Of a stretch of DNA of 64,000 nucleotides, positions 43,399 to 52,610 are shown piece after piece. Position numbers and translations under genes: made by a program. The stretch's first letter is position 1, and each line of letters begins with the position of its first letter. The stretch is from Mycobacteriales bacterium. Lineage in GTDB: Bacteria; Actinomycetota; Actinomycetes; DATLTS01. The stretch lies in assembly GCA_035533475.1 (NCBI GenBank), contig DATLTS010000048.1:52308-116307 (forward strand), read 5' to 3'. The notes beneath the pieces were generated by a model. The model saw only the letters and a program-made list of their open reading frames with translations, did not search any database and was not told where the DNA came from.

Positions 43399-44337
43399 AT
43401 GGCACGGAGCGGCAAGGTGACGGTCGTTGGCTGCGGCTTCTACGGCTCGACGACCGCCCAGCGGCTCGCCGAATACGACCTGTTCGACACGGTCGTCCTC
43501 ACCGACATCATCGAGGGCAAGCCCCAGGGTCTGGCGCTCGACCTGAACCAGTCCCGGCCGGTGGAAGGCTTCGAGACGAAGGTCGTCGGCACCAACGGCT
43601 ACGCGGAGACCGAGGGCTCCGACATCGTCGTGATCACGGCCGGCCTGCCCCGTCGGCCCGGGATGAGTCGGATGGACCTGATCGAGACCAACGCCAAGAT
43701 CGTCCGCGAGGTCACCGAGAACATCGCACGCTCCTCGCCCGACGCCGTGCTCGTCGTGGTCTCGAATCCGCTGGATGAGATGACGGCGTTGGCGTCCAAC
43801 GTGTCCGGATTCCCGCGTCAGCGGGTGATGGGCCAGGCCGGGATGCTCGACACCGCGCGCTTCAGCAACTTCGTCGCCGAGGCACTGGGCGTGCCGATCG
43901 CGGTGGTGCGGACGCTGACCCTGGGTTCGCACGGCGACACGATGGTCCCGGTGCCTTCGCATTGCACCGTCGAGGGTCGCCCGCTGACCGACCTGCTGCC
44001 GGCGGATCGGATCGCGGAGCTGGTCGAGCGGACCCGCAATGGCGGCGCCGAGGTGGTCGCGTTGCTGAAAACCGGCTCGGCGTACTACGCGCCGTCCGCC
44101 GCGGCGGCCCGGATGGTGCGCGCGGTCGCGGAGGACAGCGGCGCCGAGATGCCGGTTTGCGCCTGGGTGGACGGTGAGTACGGCCTGGCCGGTGTCTACC
44201 TCGGGGTTCCCGCCGAGCTCGGCCGAACCGGCGTCCGCCGGGTGGTCGAGATAGAGCTCACCGCCGGCGAACACGCCGCGCTCGGGGCGGCGGCCGAGGC
44301 GGTCCGCGGCAAGCAGGCGGATGTCGCGAATCTGTGA
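43399..44337 (+). CDS. mdh: malate dehydrogenase (LDH-like type)
   Basis: 312 aa. It has VTVVGCGFYGSTTA, ITAGLPRRPGMSRMDL and GSHGDTMVP. Confidence 0.94.
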   Translation: MARSGKVTVVGCGFYGSTTAQRLAEYDLFDTVVLTDIIEGKPQGLALDLNQSRPVEGFETKVVGTNGYAETEGSDIVVITAGLPRRPGMSRMDLIETNAKIVREVTENIARSSPDAVLVVVSNPLDEMTALASNVSGFPRQRVMGQAGMLDTARFSNFVAEALGVPIAVVRTLTLGSHGDTMVPVPSHCTVEGRPLTDLLPADRIAELVERTRNGGAEVVALLKTGSAYYAPSAAAARMVRAVAEDSGAEMPVCAWVDGEYGLAGVYLGVPAELGRTGVRRVVEIELTAGEHAALGAAAEAVRGKQADVANL

Positions 44338-44372
44338 GGATCGGGCGTCGTGCGACCTGACCCGGGGATCCG

Positions 44373-45674
44373 GTGATCTGGCTCTATGTGCTCGTCGTCC
44401 TCGCGCTGATCGGCCTCGAGGGCCTGTTCGTCGCCGCGGAAATCTCGCTGGTCTCTCTCCGGGAAGGGCAGGTCCGCGGCCTGGCCGAGCGCGGCCGGCG
44501 CGGCCGCCGGCTAGCCCGGCTGGTCAACGACCCGAACCGATTCCTTGCGGCCGTGCAGATCGGGGTGACCACGACTGCACTCACCTCGGCTGCCTTCGGC
44601 GCGGTGACCCTGTCCCATTCGGCGGCCACCCGTCTGCGCCGAGCGGGCCTGGGGCATACCGCGGCCGGGCTGATCGGCTTCTTCGGGGTAACCATGCTGA
44701 TCAGCTACGTCACGATCGTGGTCGGCGAGCTGCTCCCTAAACGGCTCGCCCTTCAGCGGGTCGAGGGCACCGCCCTCGCGGTGGCACCCGCGCTGTCCCG
44801 GGTCGCGACGGTCAGCCGCCCGGTGATCTGGCTGCTCTCGGTGAGCACGAACCTGCTCGTCCGGCTGGTCGGGGCGGACCCGGCGGCGAACCGTGAATCG
44901 ATCACCGAGGAGGAGCTTCGGGACCTGGTGACCGCCCACGAGTCGCTGACGGGGGAGGAGCGGGCGCTCATCGACGAGGTGTTCGCCAGCGGGGAACGGC
45001 AACTTCGCGAGGTCATGGTGCCGCGGACCGAGGTCGAGTTCCTGGACTCTGCGCTTCCCGCCGCCAGGGCACTCAAGATCGCCGAACGACTGCCGTTCTC
45101 CCGGTTCCCCGTGCACCGGGGCTCGCACGACGACGTCGCCGGATTCGTGCACATCAGGGATCTGGCCACGTTGTCGCCCGCAACCCGTCGGACCGCCAAG
45201 GTCGCCGACCTCAGCCGCCCGATCGCCCATCTGCCCGCGACGAAACGAGTCATCCCGGCGCTGTCCGAGATGCGGCGCGGTGGGCACCATCTCGCCGTCG
45301 TGGTCGACGAGTACGGCGGCACGGCCGGCATCGTCACGCTGGAGGACCTGATCGAGGAACTTGTCGGCGAGATCCACGACGAGTACGACCTCGGCGCGAT
45401 CGCACCCAAGCGACTCGCCGGTGGCGATGTAGAGGTCGACGGGTTGCTGAACCTCGACGATTTCCGCGAAGAGACCGGCGTAGCGCTTCCGGACGGCCCG
45501 TACGAGACCGTCGCCGGCTGCATCATGGCGGCGCTCGGTCAGGTGCCGCGGCTCGGCGATGCCGTGCAGGTCGCCGGCCTTCGGCTGACGGTGACCGAGA
45601 TGGACGGGCGGCGCGCCGGGCGGGTTCGGGTCAGCGGACTCGTCGAGTCCACGGAGGCCCAGGACTCCGGCTGA
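44373..45674 (+). CDS. hemolysin-family / CNNM (DUF21-CBS-CorC_HlyC) membrane protein
   Basis: 433 aa. It has an N-terminal DUF21 TM region, MVPRTEV, a CBS pair, and VVDEYGGTAGIVTLEDLIEELVGEI. Confidence 0.9.
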   Translation: MIWLYVLVVLALIGLEGLFVAAEISLVSLREGQVRGLAERGRRGRRLARLVNDPNRFLAAVQIGVTTTALTSAAFGAVTLSHSAATRLRRAGLGHTAAGLIGFFGVTMLISYVTIVVGELLPKRLALQRVEGTALAVAPALSRVATVSRPVIWLLSVSTNLLVRLVGADPAANRESITEEELRDLVTAHESLTGEERALIDEVFASGERQLREVMVPRTEVEFLDSALPAARALKIAERLPFSRFPVHRGSHDDVAGFVHIRDLATLSPATRRTAKVADLSRPIAHLPATKRVIPALSEMRRGGHHLAVVVDEYGGTAGIVTLEDLIEELVGEIHDEYDLGAIAPKRLAGGDVEVDGLLNLDDFREETGVALPDGPYETVAGCIMAALGQVPRLGDAVQVAGLRLTVTEMDGRRAGRVRVSGLVESTEAQDSG

Positions 45675-45693
45675 GCGGGTCGTTACTGCGACA

Positions 45694-46713
45694 ATGGCCG
45701 GCATGCCAGCGGCTCGCCTTCGAGTGCTTTCCGGGATCCAACCCACCGGTGGTGGGTCCCACCTCGGGAACTATCTCGGGGCGGTCCGTCAGTGGGTGGC
45801 GCTTCAGGACACCCACGACCCGTACTACTGCGTCGTCGACCTGCACGCCCTAACCGTCGGGCCCGAGCCGGATGCCGTGCGCAGGCGGACGCTCGAATCG
45901 GTAGCGGAGCTCCTGGCGGTCGGTGTCGACCCGACGCGTTGCACGCTGTTCGTTCAGAGCCACGTCACCGAAACCACGGAACTGGCATGGGTTCTGAGCT
46001 GCCTCACCGGGTTCGGTGAGGCCGGTCGGATGACCCAGTTCAAGGACAAGAGCCAGCGGGCGGGAGGGGCGGACGGCCCGACCGTCGGCCTGTTCACCTA
46101 TCCGATCCTCCAGGCCGCCGACATCCTCGTCTTCCGGGCGGATGCGGTTCCCGTGGGGGAGGACCAGCGCCAGCACCTCGAGCTCACCCGGCACCTGGCG
46201 CAACGCTTCAACACCCGGTTCGGGCCGACGTTCACCGTCCCGGAACCGCACATCCCCCCGGACACCGGGAAGGTGCTCGACCTGGCCAGCCCCGACCGGC
46301 AGATGAGCAAGAGCGTCGGGGGGGCCGGGGTTGTCTTCCTCCAGGACCCGCCCGACGTCATCCGGAAGAAGATCCGGTCGTCGGTGACGGACACCGGCCG
46401 CGAGATCCGAGCCGGCGAAGACAAACCGGGGATGACGAACCTGCTGCGGATCTACGCCGCGGTTACGGGCCGGAGCATCACCGAGCTCGAAGCGGGATAC
46501 GCCGGTCGGGGCTATGGCGAGTTCAAGTCGGAGCTCGCCGAGCAGATCGTCGAACTCGTGCTTCCGATGCAGGCCCGCTACCTCGAGTACCTCGCCGACC
46601 CGGGCGGCCTCGAGGCGATCGTCGCCGAGGGCGCGAAGCGGGCGCGTGCGGTTGCCTCAGCCACGATGGAGGTGGTCCGTGACCGGATCGGCCTCCTGCC
46701 CGCGCGCGGATGA
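45694..46713 (+). CDS. trpS: tryptophan--tRNA ligase
   Basis: SGIQPTG...HLGNYLG is the HIGH-type motif and KMSKS appears as QMSKS. It is 339 aa. ATG 45703 is an alternative start. Confidence 0.95.
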   Translation: MAGMPAARLRVLSGIQPTGGGSHLGNYLGAVRQWVALQDTHDPYYCVVDLHALTVGPEPDAVRRRTLESVAELLAVGVDPTRCTLFVQSHVTETTELAWVLSCLTGFGEAGRMTQFKDKSQRAGGADGPTVGLFTYPILQAADILVFRADAVPVGEDQRQHLELTRHLAQRFNTRFGPTFTVPEPHIPPDTGKVLDLASPDRQMSKSVGGAGVVFLQDPPDVIRKKIRSSVTDTGREIRAGEDKPGMTNLLRIYAAVTGRSITELEAGYAGRGYGEFKSELAEQIVELVLPMQARYLEYLADPGGLEAIVAEGAKRARAVASATMEVVRDRIGLLPARG

Positions 46714-47279
46714 CCAGGCGCAACATCGGGGTCGCGATCGGGATTCCGGAGCCCTACGGCCGGGAGCTGCAGGCCTGGCGCGATCGCCTGGGCGATCCGA
46801 ACGCGGGCGCGATCGTGCCGCACGTCACGTTGCTGCCGCCCACGGTCGTCCCGGGCGATGCGCTCACCGGGATCGAGGCGCACTTGCGCGCGGTGGCCGA
46901 GGCGGGGCAACGTTTCCTCATCCGCCTGCGTGGCTCTGCCACCTTCCGCCCCGTGTCGCCGGTGGTGTTCGTGCCGCTAGCCGAGGGCATCGGTGACTGC
47001 GAGCGGCTGGAGGGCCGGGTGCGGAGCGGTCCGCTGAGCCGATCGACCCGCTTCCCGTACCACCCGCACGTGACCGTCGCGCACGATCTTCCCGATCCTG
47101 CGCTCGACCGGGCCTACGAGGAGCTCGCCGGCTATGAGGCGAGGTTCCCGGTCTGGGGTTTCACCCTGTTCGAGCAGGGGCCGGACGGCAGGTGGCGCCC
47201 GCAGCGGGACTTCGCGTTCACCGCGGACGGGCGACCGGGCCCGAGCTTGCCGCCCGAGCCCGTCGACGACGCCTGGTGA
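46710..47279 (+). CDS. 2H-phosphoesterase / 2'-5' RNA ligase-like protein
   Basis: ATG 46710 overlaps the trpS stop. It has two HxT/S motifs (PHVTLLPP and HPHVTVAH). Confidence 0.8.
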   Translation: MTRRNIGVAIGIPEPYGRELQAWRDRLGDPNAGAIVPHVTLLPPTVVPGDALTGIEAHLRAVAEAGQRFLIRLRGSATFRPVSPVVFVPLAEGIGDCERLEGRVRSGPLSRSTRFPYHPHVTVAHDLPDPALDRAYEELAGYEARFPVWGFTLFEQGPDGRWRPQRDFAFTADGRPGPSLPPEPVDDAW

Positions 47280-47285
47280 ACGCCG

Positions 47286-47311
47286 CTGATCCAACCCATG
47301 GGTTGGATCAG
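47286..47311. terminator. 26-nt perfect palindrome between convergent genes (candidate bidirectional terminator)
   Basis: CTGATCCAACCCATGGGTTGGATCAG is fully self-complementary. It starts 7 nt after the LigT-like stop and covers the dacB stop codon (47308-47310). There is no clear T-tract. Confidence 0.55.
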
Positions 47312-48462
47312 ATCGGGGGCAAGCGAAGGCGCCGCGGATGGCGGCGGCCGCGCCGGGCGAGCCCACCGGCGCACACCACGGTCGCGGCGGCGAGGCCGAG
47401 CGGGAGCGCCAGGCTGGCGCCGTTCTTGTCGAGCCGACCCGCGCTCGGGAGCTTCGCGCTGGCCGAAATCGGGTCGACCGCGGACGCCGCCGAAGCGGAA
47501 GGCACAAGCGGCGGCACCAGCTGGCCGACCGGGGTGGCTACCGGGTCGGCGGCGAAGCCCCAGGTGAGGAGCGCCCGGGCCTCCGGCCAGAAGTCCGGGT
47601 TCGTGTGCATCAGCGTGACGAGGATCGTCCGTCCGCCACGCGTCGCGGCGCCGATGTAGGTGCCCTGGGCGGCCACCGTATAGCCGTTCTTGACTCCGAT
47701 CGCCCCGGGGAAACTGGTCAGCAGATAGTCATGGGTGTAGATCTGGAACGGCTTGCCGTGGGGTTGGCTGACGTAGGACAGGACCGTCGCGACGTAGTGC
47801 CGGAAGGCCGGCATCGCGAGTCCGGCCCGGGCGATCAGCGCGAGGTCATACGCCGACGAGGACTCTCCCGGGCCGTCCAGCCCGCTCGGGGTCTTCGCGA
47901 CGGTGTCGTCGGCATGGAGGTGCCGAGCCTCGGCGTTCATCAGGTTCAGGGTCCGGGGGATCCCCCCGGCCGCGTCGGCGAGCGTGTTGGCGGCGTCGTT
48001 GCCGGACACGACCAGCATCGCGGTGAACAGCATGCGCACGGGATAGCGTCCACCCTCGACGAGGCCCACCTTACTGCCGTCCACGTTGACGTCGTCGAAC
48101 GTCGCGGTGACGATCCGGTTCGGGTCCAGCATTGGGATCAGGGTGACGGCGGTGAGCGCCTTGAGCGTGCTCGCCGGCAGGAAGCGGCCGTGCGCGTCCC
48201 GGGCCGCCAGCACGGCGCCGCTGCCGGCGTCGGCAACCAGCCAGGAGGATGCGGTGATCCCGGCCGGCAGCCGCGGCACCCCCGGCGACCCGTCCACGAC
48301 GACTCCGGTCGAGCCGAGGAGGGGGCCGCCCACCGGGCCGGACAGGGGCGCGTGCGCCAGGCCGATCGGTCGGGAGTCGACCGCGAGGGCTGGTCCCGCC
48401 GTGAGCGCCGCGAGGACGAACGCCCCGGCGGCTGCCGCGCGGCGAGCGGGTAGGTCGCGCAT
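47308..48462 (-). CDS. dacB: D-alanyl-D-alanine carboxypeptidase (S11 PBP) with signal peptide and C-terminal anchor
   Basis: ATG 48462 begins MRDLPARRAAAAGAFVLAALTAGPALA. It has SxxK (ASTLK), SGN (VSGNDAA) and KNG (the KTG-like motif). The C-terminal hydrophobic segment is followed by RRGRRHPRR. Confidence 0.88.
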   Translation of the reverse strand: MRDLPARRAAAAGAFVLAALTAGPALAVDSRPIGLAHAPLSGPVGGPLLGSTGVVVDGSPGVPRLPAGITASSWLVADAGSGAVLAARDAHGRFLPASTLKALTAVTLIPMLDPNRIVTATFDDVNVDGSKVGLVEGGRYPVRMLFTAMLVVSGNDAANTLADAAGGIPRTLNLMNAEARHLHADDTVAKTPSGLDGPGESSSAYDLALIARAGLAMPAFRHYVATVLSYVSQPHGKPFQIYTHDYLLTSFPGAIGVKNGYTVAAQGTYIGAATRGGRTILVTLMHTNPDFWPEARALLTWGFAADPVATPVGQLVPPLVPSASAASAVDPISASAKLPSAGRLDKNGASLALPLGLAAATVVCAGGLARRGRRHPRRLRLPPI

Positions 48463-48554
48463 ATCCGGCCGAGGGTACCGGGTCCAGGCGCCCGGTCGCA
48501 CGCAGGCGATACTTCCCGGGTGGGTAGCTCCCGGGGTGCGCAGGCGGCCCGCCG

Positions 48555-50135
48555 GTGACCCGGAACTCCGAGTCAGGGTTGCCGATCGAGCCCCTCTACG
48601 GACCGGCCACGTTGGCCGGCTGGGACCCCGCCCGCCGGCTCGGTGAGCCAGGCGAGTTCCCATTCACCCGCGGGGTTTACCCCTCGATGTACACCGGGCG
48701 GCCATGGACGATGCGGCAGTACGCCGGTTTCGGGACCGCGCGCGAGTCCAATGAGCGCTATCACCAGCTGATCGCGGCCGGAACGACCGGGTTGTCAGTC
48801 GCGTTCGACCTGCCGACCCAGATGGGCTACGACTCGGACGACCCGGTGGCGCACGGCGAGGTAGGCAAGGTCGGTGTCGCGATCGATTCGATCGAGGACA
48901 TGCGGCTGCTGTTCGACGAGATCCCGCTCGACCAGGTGTCGACCTCGATGACCATCAACGCCCCGGCGGCCCTGCTCCTTCTGCTCTACCAGCTGGTCGG
49001 GGAGGAACAGGGCGTCCCGGCCGCCGGGCTCACCGGAACGGTGCAGAACGACGTGCTCAAGGAGTACATCGCCCGCGGGACCTACATCTTCCCGCCGAAA
49101 CCGTCACTGCGGCTGATCACCGACATTTTCCGATACTGCCGGGCCGAGATCCCGAAGTGGAACACCATCTCGATCTCCGGCTACCACATGGCCGAGGCGG
49201 GTGCCACGCCGGTCCAGGAGATCGCGTTCACCCTGGCCAACGCCATCGAGTACGTGCGCGCCGCGGTCGAGACCGGGCAGGAGATCGACGATTTCGCGCC
49301 CCGGCTGGCCTTCTTTTTCGTGGCCCGGACAACCCTGCTTGAGGAAGTGGCGAAGTTCCGGGCCGCCCGCCGGATCTGGGCCTCGATCATGCGCGAGGAG
49401 TTCGGCGCCCGCGATCCGAAGTCGATGATGCTGCGCTTCCATACCCAGACGGCTGGGGTCCAGCTCACCGCCCAGCAGCCGGAAGTCAACCTGGTCCGGG
49501 TCACGGTCCAGGCGCTCGCCGCGGTCCTCGGGGGCACCCAGTCCCTGCACACGAATTCCTACGACGAGGCGATCGCGCTGCCCACCCAGAAAGCGGCCCG
49601 GCTCGCGTTGCGAACGCAGCAGGTCCTCGCCTTCGAGACCGACGTGACCGCCACCGTGGACCCGTTGGCCGGCTCCTACGCCATCGAGCGACTGACCGAC
49701 GAGGTGGAGGACGCCTCGCGCGCCCTGATGGCTCGGATCGAGGACTTCGGGGGTGCGGTTGCCGCGATCGAACGTGGCTTCCAAAAGGCTCAGATCGAGC
49801 AGTCCGCTTATGAGGTGTCCCGGGGCATCGACGAGCGCACCCGAACCGTCGTTGGGGTGAACCGCTTCACCGTGGCCGAGGATGACGAGTACCAGCCACT
49901 GCGCGTCGATCCGCAGATCGAGAAGGAACAGGGCGCCCGGCTCGCCGAGCTGCGCTCGTCGCGGGACAACGCCGCGGTCGACGAGCGGCTCGACCAGCTC
50001 AGGACGGCGGCCGAGGGGACCGCGAACGTCCTTTACCCGATGAAGGCCGCCCTGGCGGCCCGGGCCACGGTCGGTGAAGTGTGCTCGGCATTGCGCGAGG
50101 TCTGGGGCACATATCGGCCGCCAGACACGTTCTGA
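48555..50135 (+). CDS. acyl-CoA mutase large (catalytic, TIM-barrel) subunit lacking a B12-binding domain; methylmalonyl-CoA-mutase-like
   Basis: 526 aa. It has [41 protein letters not shown] and [14 protein letters not shown]. It ends before the usual C-terminal cobalamin domain. Confidence 0.92.
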   Translation: MTRNSESGLPIEPLYGPATLAGWDPARRLGEPGEFPFTRGVYPSMYTGRPWTMRQYAGFGTARESNERYHQLIAAGTTGLSVAFDLPTQMGYDSDDPVAHGEVGKVGVAIDSIEDMRLLFDEIPLDQVSTSMTINAPAALLLLLYQLVGEEQGVPAAGLTGTVQNDVLKEYIARGTYIFPPKPSLRLITDIFRYCRAEIPKWNTISISGYHMAEAGATPVQEIAFTLANAIEYVRAAVETGQEIDDFAPRLAFFFVARTTLLEEVAKFRAARRIWASIMREEFGARDPKSMMLRFHTQTAGVQLTAQQPEVNLVRVTVQALAAVLGGTQSLHTNSYDEAIALPTQKAARLALRTQQVLAFETDVTATVDPLAGSYAIERLTDEVEDASRALMARIEDFGGAVAAIERGFQKAQIEQSAYEVSRGIDERTRTVVGVNRFTVAEDDEYQPLRVDPQIEKEQGARLAELRSSRDNAAVDERLDQLRTAAEGTANVLYPMKAALAARATVGEVCSALREVWGTYRPPDTF

Positions 50136-50218
50136 CCCGGCCGCCGACTTGACGCACCCCCGAGGCGGCGTGTTTGGCTGGGCGCGACGTCCCCGCCGTC
50201 TGCTGTGAGGAATATGCC

Positions 50219-50428
50219 GTGATCTGGGTGTTAGTCGCCGTTGCCGTCGCTCTCGGGCTTGCCGTCTGGGCGCCACGACTGCTTCGAAATGACCGACTCG
50301 ACGATGTCGAGCGTTTCCACCGTGCCCGGGCCATGACCACGGCCTGGGCCCGCTCCGGGGTGACCCAACCGGTCTTCGCCGACGAAGCCGCCCGCGAGCG
50401 GAACCTCGCCGACAGCGACCTGCTCTGA
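50219..50428 (+). CDS. small hypothetical protein with an N-terminal TM helix
   Basis: GTG 50219 lies 6 nt after GAGGAA (the ORF is open from 50174). It begins VIWVLVAVAVALGLAVWAP, followed by a charged tail. No family recognised. Confidence 0.4.
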   Translation: MIWVLVAVAVALGLAVWAPRLLRNDRLDDVERFHRARAMTTAWARSGVTQPVFADEAARERNLADSDLL

Positions 50429-50441
50429 CCGCTGCCGACGG

Positions 50442-50894
50442 TCACAGCCCGACCGTGCGGCAGGGCCGGCGGCGCAAGTCCGCGACGTAGTCGTCGGGCG
50501 CGCCCGCCTTCTCGGCCGCATCGGCCATCAGCCCGAGGTAACGGGCTGATGGAACACCACCCTCGTAGCCGTCCAGCGCGTAGAGCCACGCGAGGATCTC
50601 CCCGTCCAGGGTGGCCACCCTGACCCGGATCCGCCGGTAGAGGCCGGTGTCGCCGCCTTCCAGTCCGTCCAGGCCAGACTGATCCCGCTCGTTTACGTCG
50701 TAGAGCATGACGAAGACCCGGGAGCCCGGATCCTCGACCACGGTCGCGAGAGCCCCCTCCCAGCCGAGTTCCTCGGCGCCGAAGGTCAGCCGCCAGCCAT
50801 CGAGCCAGCCGGTCCCCCGCGACGGCGAGTGCGGGCAGCGCTCGCTCATCTGATCGGGATCGAGGTTCGTCCCGTACGCCGCGTACAGGGTCAC
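50442..50894 (-). CDS. gamma-glutamylcyclotransferase (AIG2/GGCT-like) family protein
   Basis: GTG 50894 begins VTLYAAYGTNLDPDQMSERCP, which is the YGSNL...RCP-type N-terminus. It is 150 aa. The long upstream extension of this ORF is antisense to the next gene. Confidence 0.78.
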   Translation of the reverse strand: MTLYAAYGTNLDPDQMSERCPHSPSRGTGWLDGWRLTFGAEELGWEGALATVVEDPGSRVFVMLYDVNERDQSGLDGLEGGDTGLYRRIRVRVATLDGEILAWLYALDGYEGGVPSARYLGLMADAAEKAGAPDDYVADLRRRPCRTVGL

Positions 50895-50930
50895 GGGGGG
50901 AAAGACTAGAGGGCACGGGACAATGCCGCG

Positions 50931-52313
50931 GTGACCCGGATCGTGATCGTCGGTGGCGGGCCGGCGGGCTACGAAGCCGCGCTCGTCGCTGCCCAGTTCG
51001 GCGCCGAGGTCACGGTCGTCGATCCCGACGGGCTGGGCGGCTCCTGTGTCCGCACCGATTGCGTCCCATCCAAGACGCTGATCGCGGCCACCGAGACGCT
51101 CGGGTCCGCGGCTGCCGAGCGGCTCGGCGCCACGGCGGGGGCACCGACGGGGCTCACCGTGGACTGGCCAGCGGTCAATGCCCGGGTCAAGACGCTGGCG
51201 CGTGCCCAGTCCGCGGACATCGAGGCGCGGCTCGCCCGTGAGGGGGTGCGCGTCGTCCGCGGTACCGGACGGTTCGTCGGTCCCGGTCGGCTCCTCGCGC
51301 GCGATGCCTCGGGTGCCGAACGGGAGCTCGGAGCCGACGTCGTGCTCATCGCCACGGGCGCGACCCCCCGGGTGATCCCCGGCGCCGAGCCGGACGGCGA
51401 GCGGATCTTGTCCTGGCGCGATCTTTATGACGTGCCGGAGCCGCCTGAGCGGCTGGTGGTCGTCGGCTCGGGTGTGACCGGCGCCGAGTTCGCCAGCGCC
51501 TACCAGGCGATGGGCGTCGAGGTCAGCCTGGTCTCTAGCCGGCAACGGTTGCTGCCCGGTGAGGACGAGGACGCCGCACTGCTCGTCGAGGGGGTCTTCC
51601 GTCGCCGGGGGATGACGATCTACGACCGGTCCCGGGCGGCCCGGGTGCTCCGCCGGGCGGACGGGGTCGTCGTCGAGCTCGAGGATGGTCGCCGGATCGA
51701 AGGTTCGCACGCGCTGATGGCGGTCGGCTCGGTTCCGAACACCGGTGGGCTCGGGCTCGAGCTGGCCGGCATCACCGTCGACCGCGGCGGATACGTGCCG
51801 GTGGATCGGGTCTCGCGCACCGGGGCGGCGGGGATCTACGCCGCCGGCGACTGCACCGGCGTCCTCCCGCTCGCGTCGGTCGCGGCGATGCAGGGTCGAA
51901 TCGCGATGTGGCATGCCCTCGGCGACGCGGTGGCGCCGCTGCGGCTCTCGACCGTCGCGGCCACCGTGTTCACCGACCCGGAAATCGCCACGGTCGGGGT
52001 CACCGGGGATGTCGCGGTGGCGGCCGGCGTCGAAGCCCGGGTCGTCTCGCTGCCGCTGGCGACCAATGCCCGGGCCAAGATGCAGGGCATTGCCGAGGGG
52101 TTCGTCAAGCTGTACTCCCGGCCCGGGACGGGGACGGTGCTCGGCGGCGTCGTCGTGGCGCCGCACGCTAGTGAGCTCATCCTGCCTTTGTCGATGGCCG
52201 TGCAGAACGCCCTCACCGTCGGTCAGCTGGCGCACAGCTTCGCGGTCTACCCCTCGCTTTCCGGGAGTCTCACCGAGGCGGCCCGCCAGCTCATGGAACA
52301 GACCCCGACCTAG
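50931..52313 (+). CDS. FAD-dependent pyridine nucleotide-disulfide oxidoreductase (LpdA / NAD(P)H-quinone-reductase-like)
   Basis: 460 aa. It has IVIVGGGPAGYEAA, the redox CxxxxC (GGSCVRTDCVPSK), a second Rossmann motif VVVGSGVTGAE, and a dimerisation domain. Confidence 0.88.
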   Translation: MTRIVIVGGGPAGYEAALVAAQFGAEVTVVDPDGLGGSCVRTDCVPSKTLIAATETLGSAAAERLGATAGAPTGLTVDWPAVNARVKTLARAQSADIEARLAREGVRVVRGTGRFVGPGRLLARDASGAERELGADVVLIATGATPRVIPGAEPDGERILSWRDLYDVPEPPERLVVVGSGVTGAEFASAYQAMGVEVSLVSSRQRLLPGEDEDAALLVEGVFRRRGMTIYDRSRAARVLRRADGVVVELEDGRRIEGSHALMAVGSVPNTGGLGLELAGITVDRGGYVPVDRVSRTGAAGIYAAGDCTGVLPLASVAAMQGRIAMWHALGDAVAPLRLSTVAATVFTDPEIATVGVTGDVAVAAGVEARVVSLPLATNARAKMQGIAEGFVKLYSRPGTGTVLGGVVVAPHASELILPLSMAVQNALTVGQLAHSFAVYPSLSGSLTEAARQLMEQTPT

Positions 52314-52575
52314 GCCCGAGCCCGTGCTGGCGCAGCCGCCGATCCCTGAGGTCCTCGCCGTAGGCCAGCGCCACGAACCCGCTGGTGAGCACGACGAACA
52401 GCGGCAGCATCCAGTGCACGAAGCCGGGCCCCGGCAACAGCGCGAGCACGACGACGACCGGCGCGAGTTGGACGAGCAGCCGGCCGAGCGCACGCATCCG
52501 CCAGCCGGCGTCGGTCAGGTCGTGGTAGACCCACTCCCGGCGCCGCGGCAACCGGCCGCCCAGGGCGTAGCGCAA
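52291..52575 (-). CDS. small two-TM membrane protein (DUF5313-like, as I recall)
   Basis: 94 aa with two hydrophobic helices and good GC3. It overlaps the 3' end of the preceding gene by 23 nt, convergently. Confidence 0.5.
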   Translation of the reverse strand: MRYALGGRLPRRREWVYHDLTDAGWRMRALGRLLVQLAPVVVVLALLPGPGFVHWMLPLFVVLTSGFVALAYGEDLRDRRLRQHGLGPRSGSVP

Positions 52576-52610
52576 CCGCTCGGGCCTGCTCGGGCTCCCA
52601 GCCGGCCGGT

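Noticed and set aside
45675-45693. T-box or Trp-leader control of trpS.
   Set aside because: There is only a 19-nt gap after the CNNM gene, so there is no room for a leader RNA.
50895-52493. Upstream extension of the GGCT-like ORF, which would give 683 aa on the minus strand.
   Set aside because: The extension is antisense to the LpdA-like oxidoreductase and has junk composition. The GGCT domain starts at GTG 50894.
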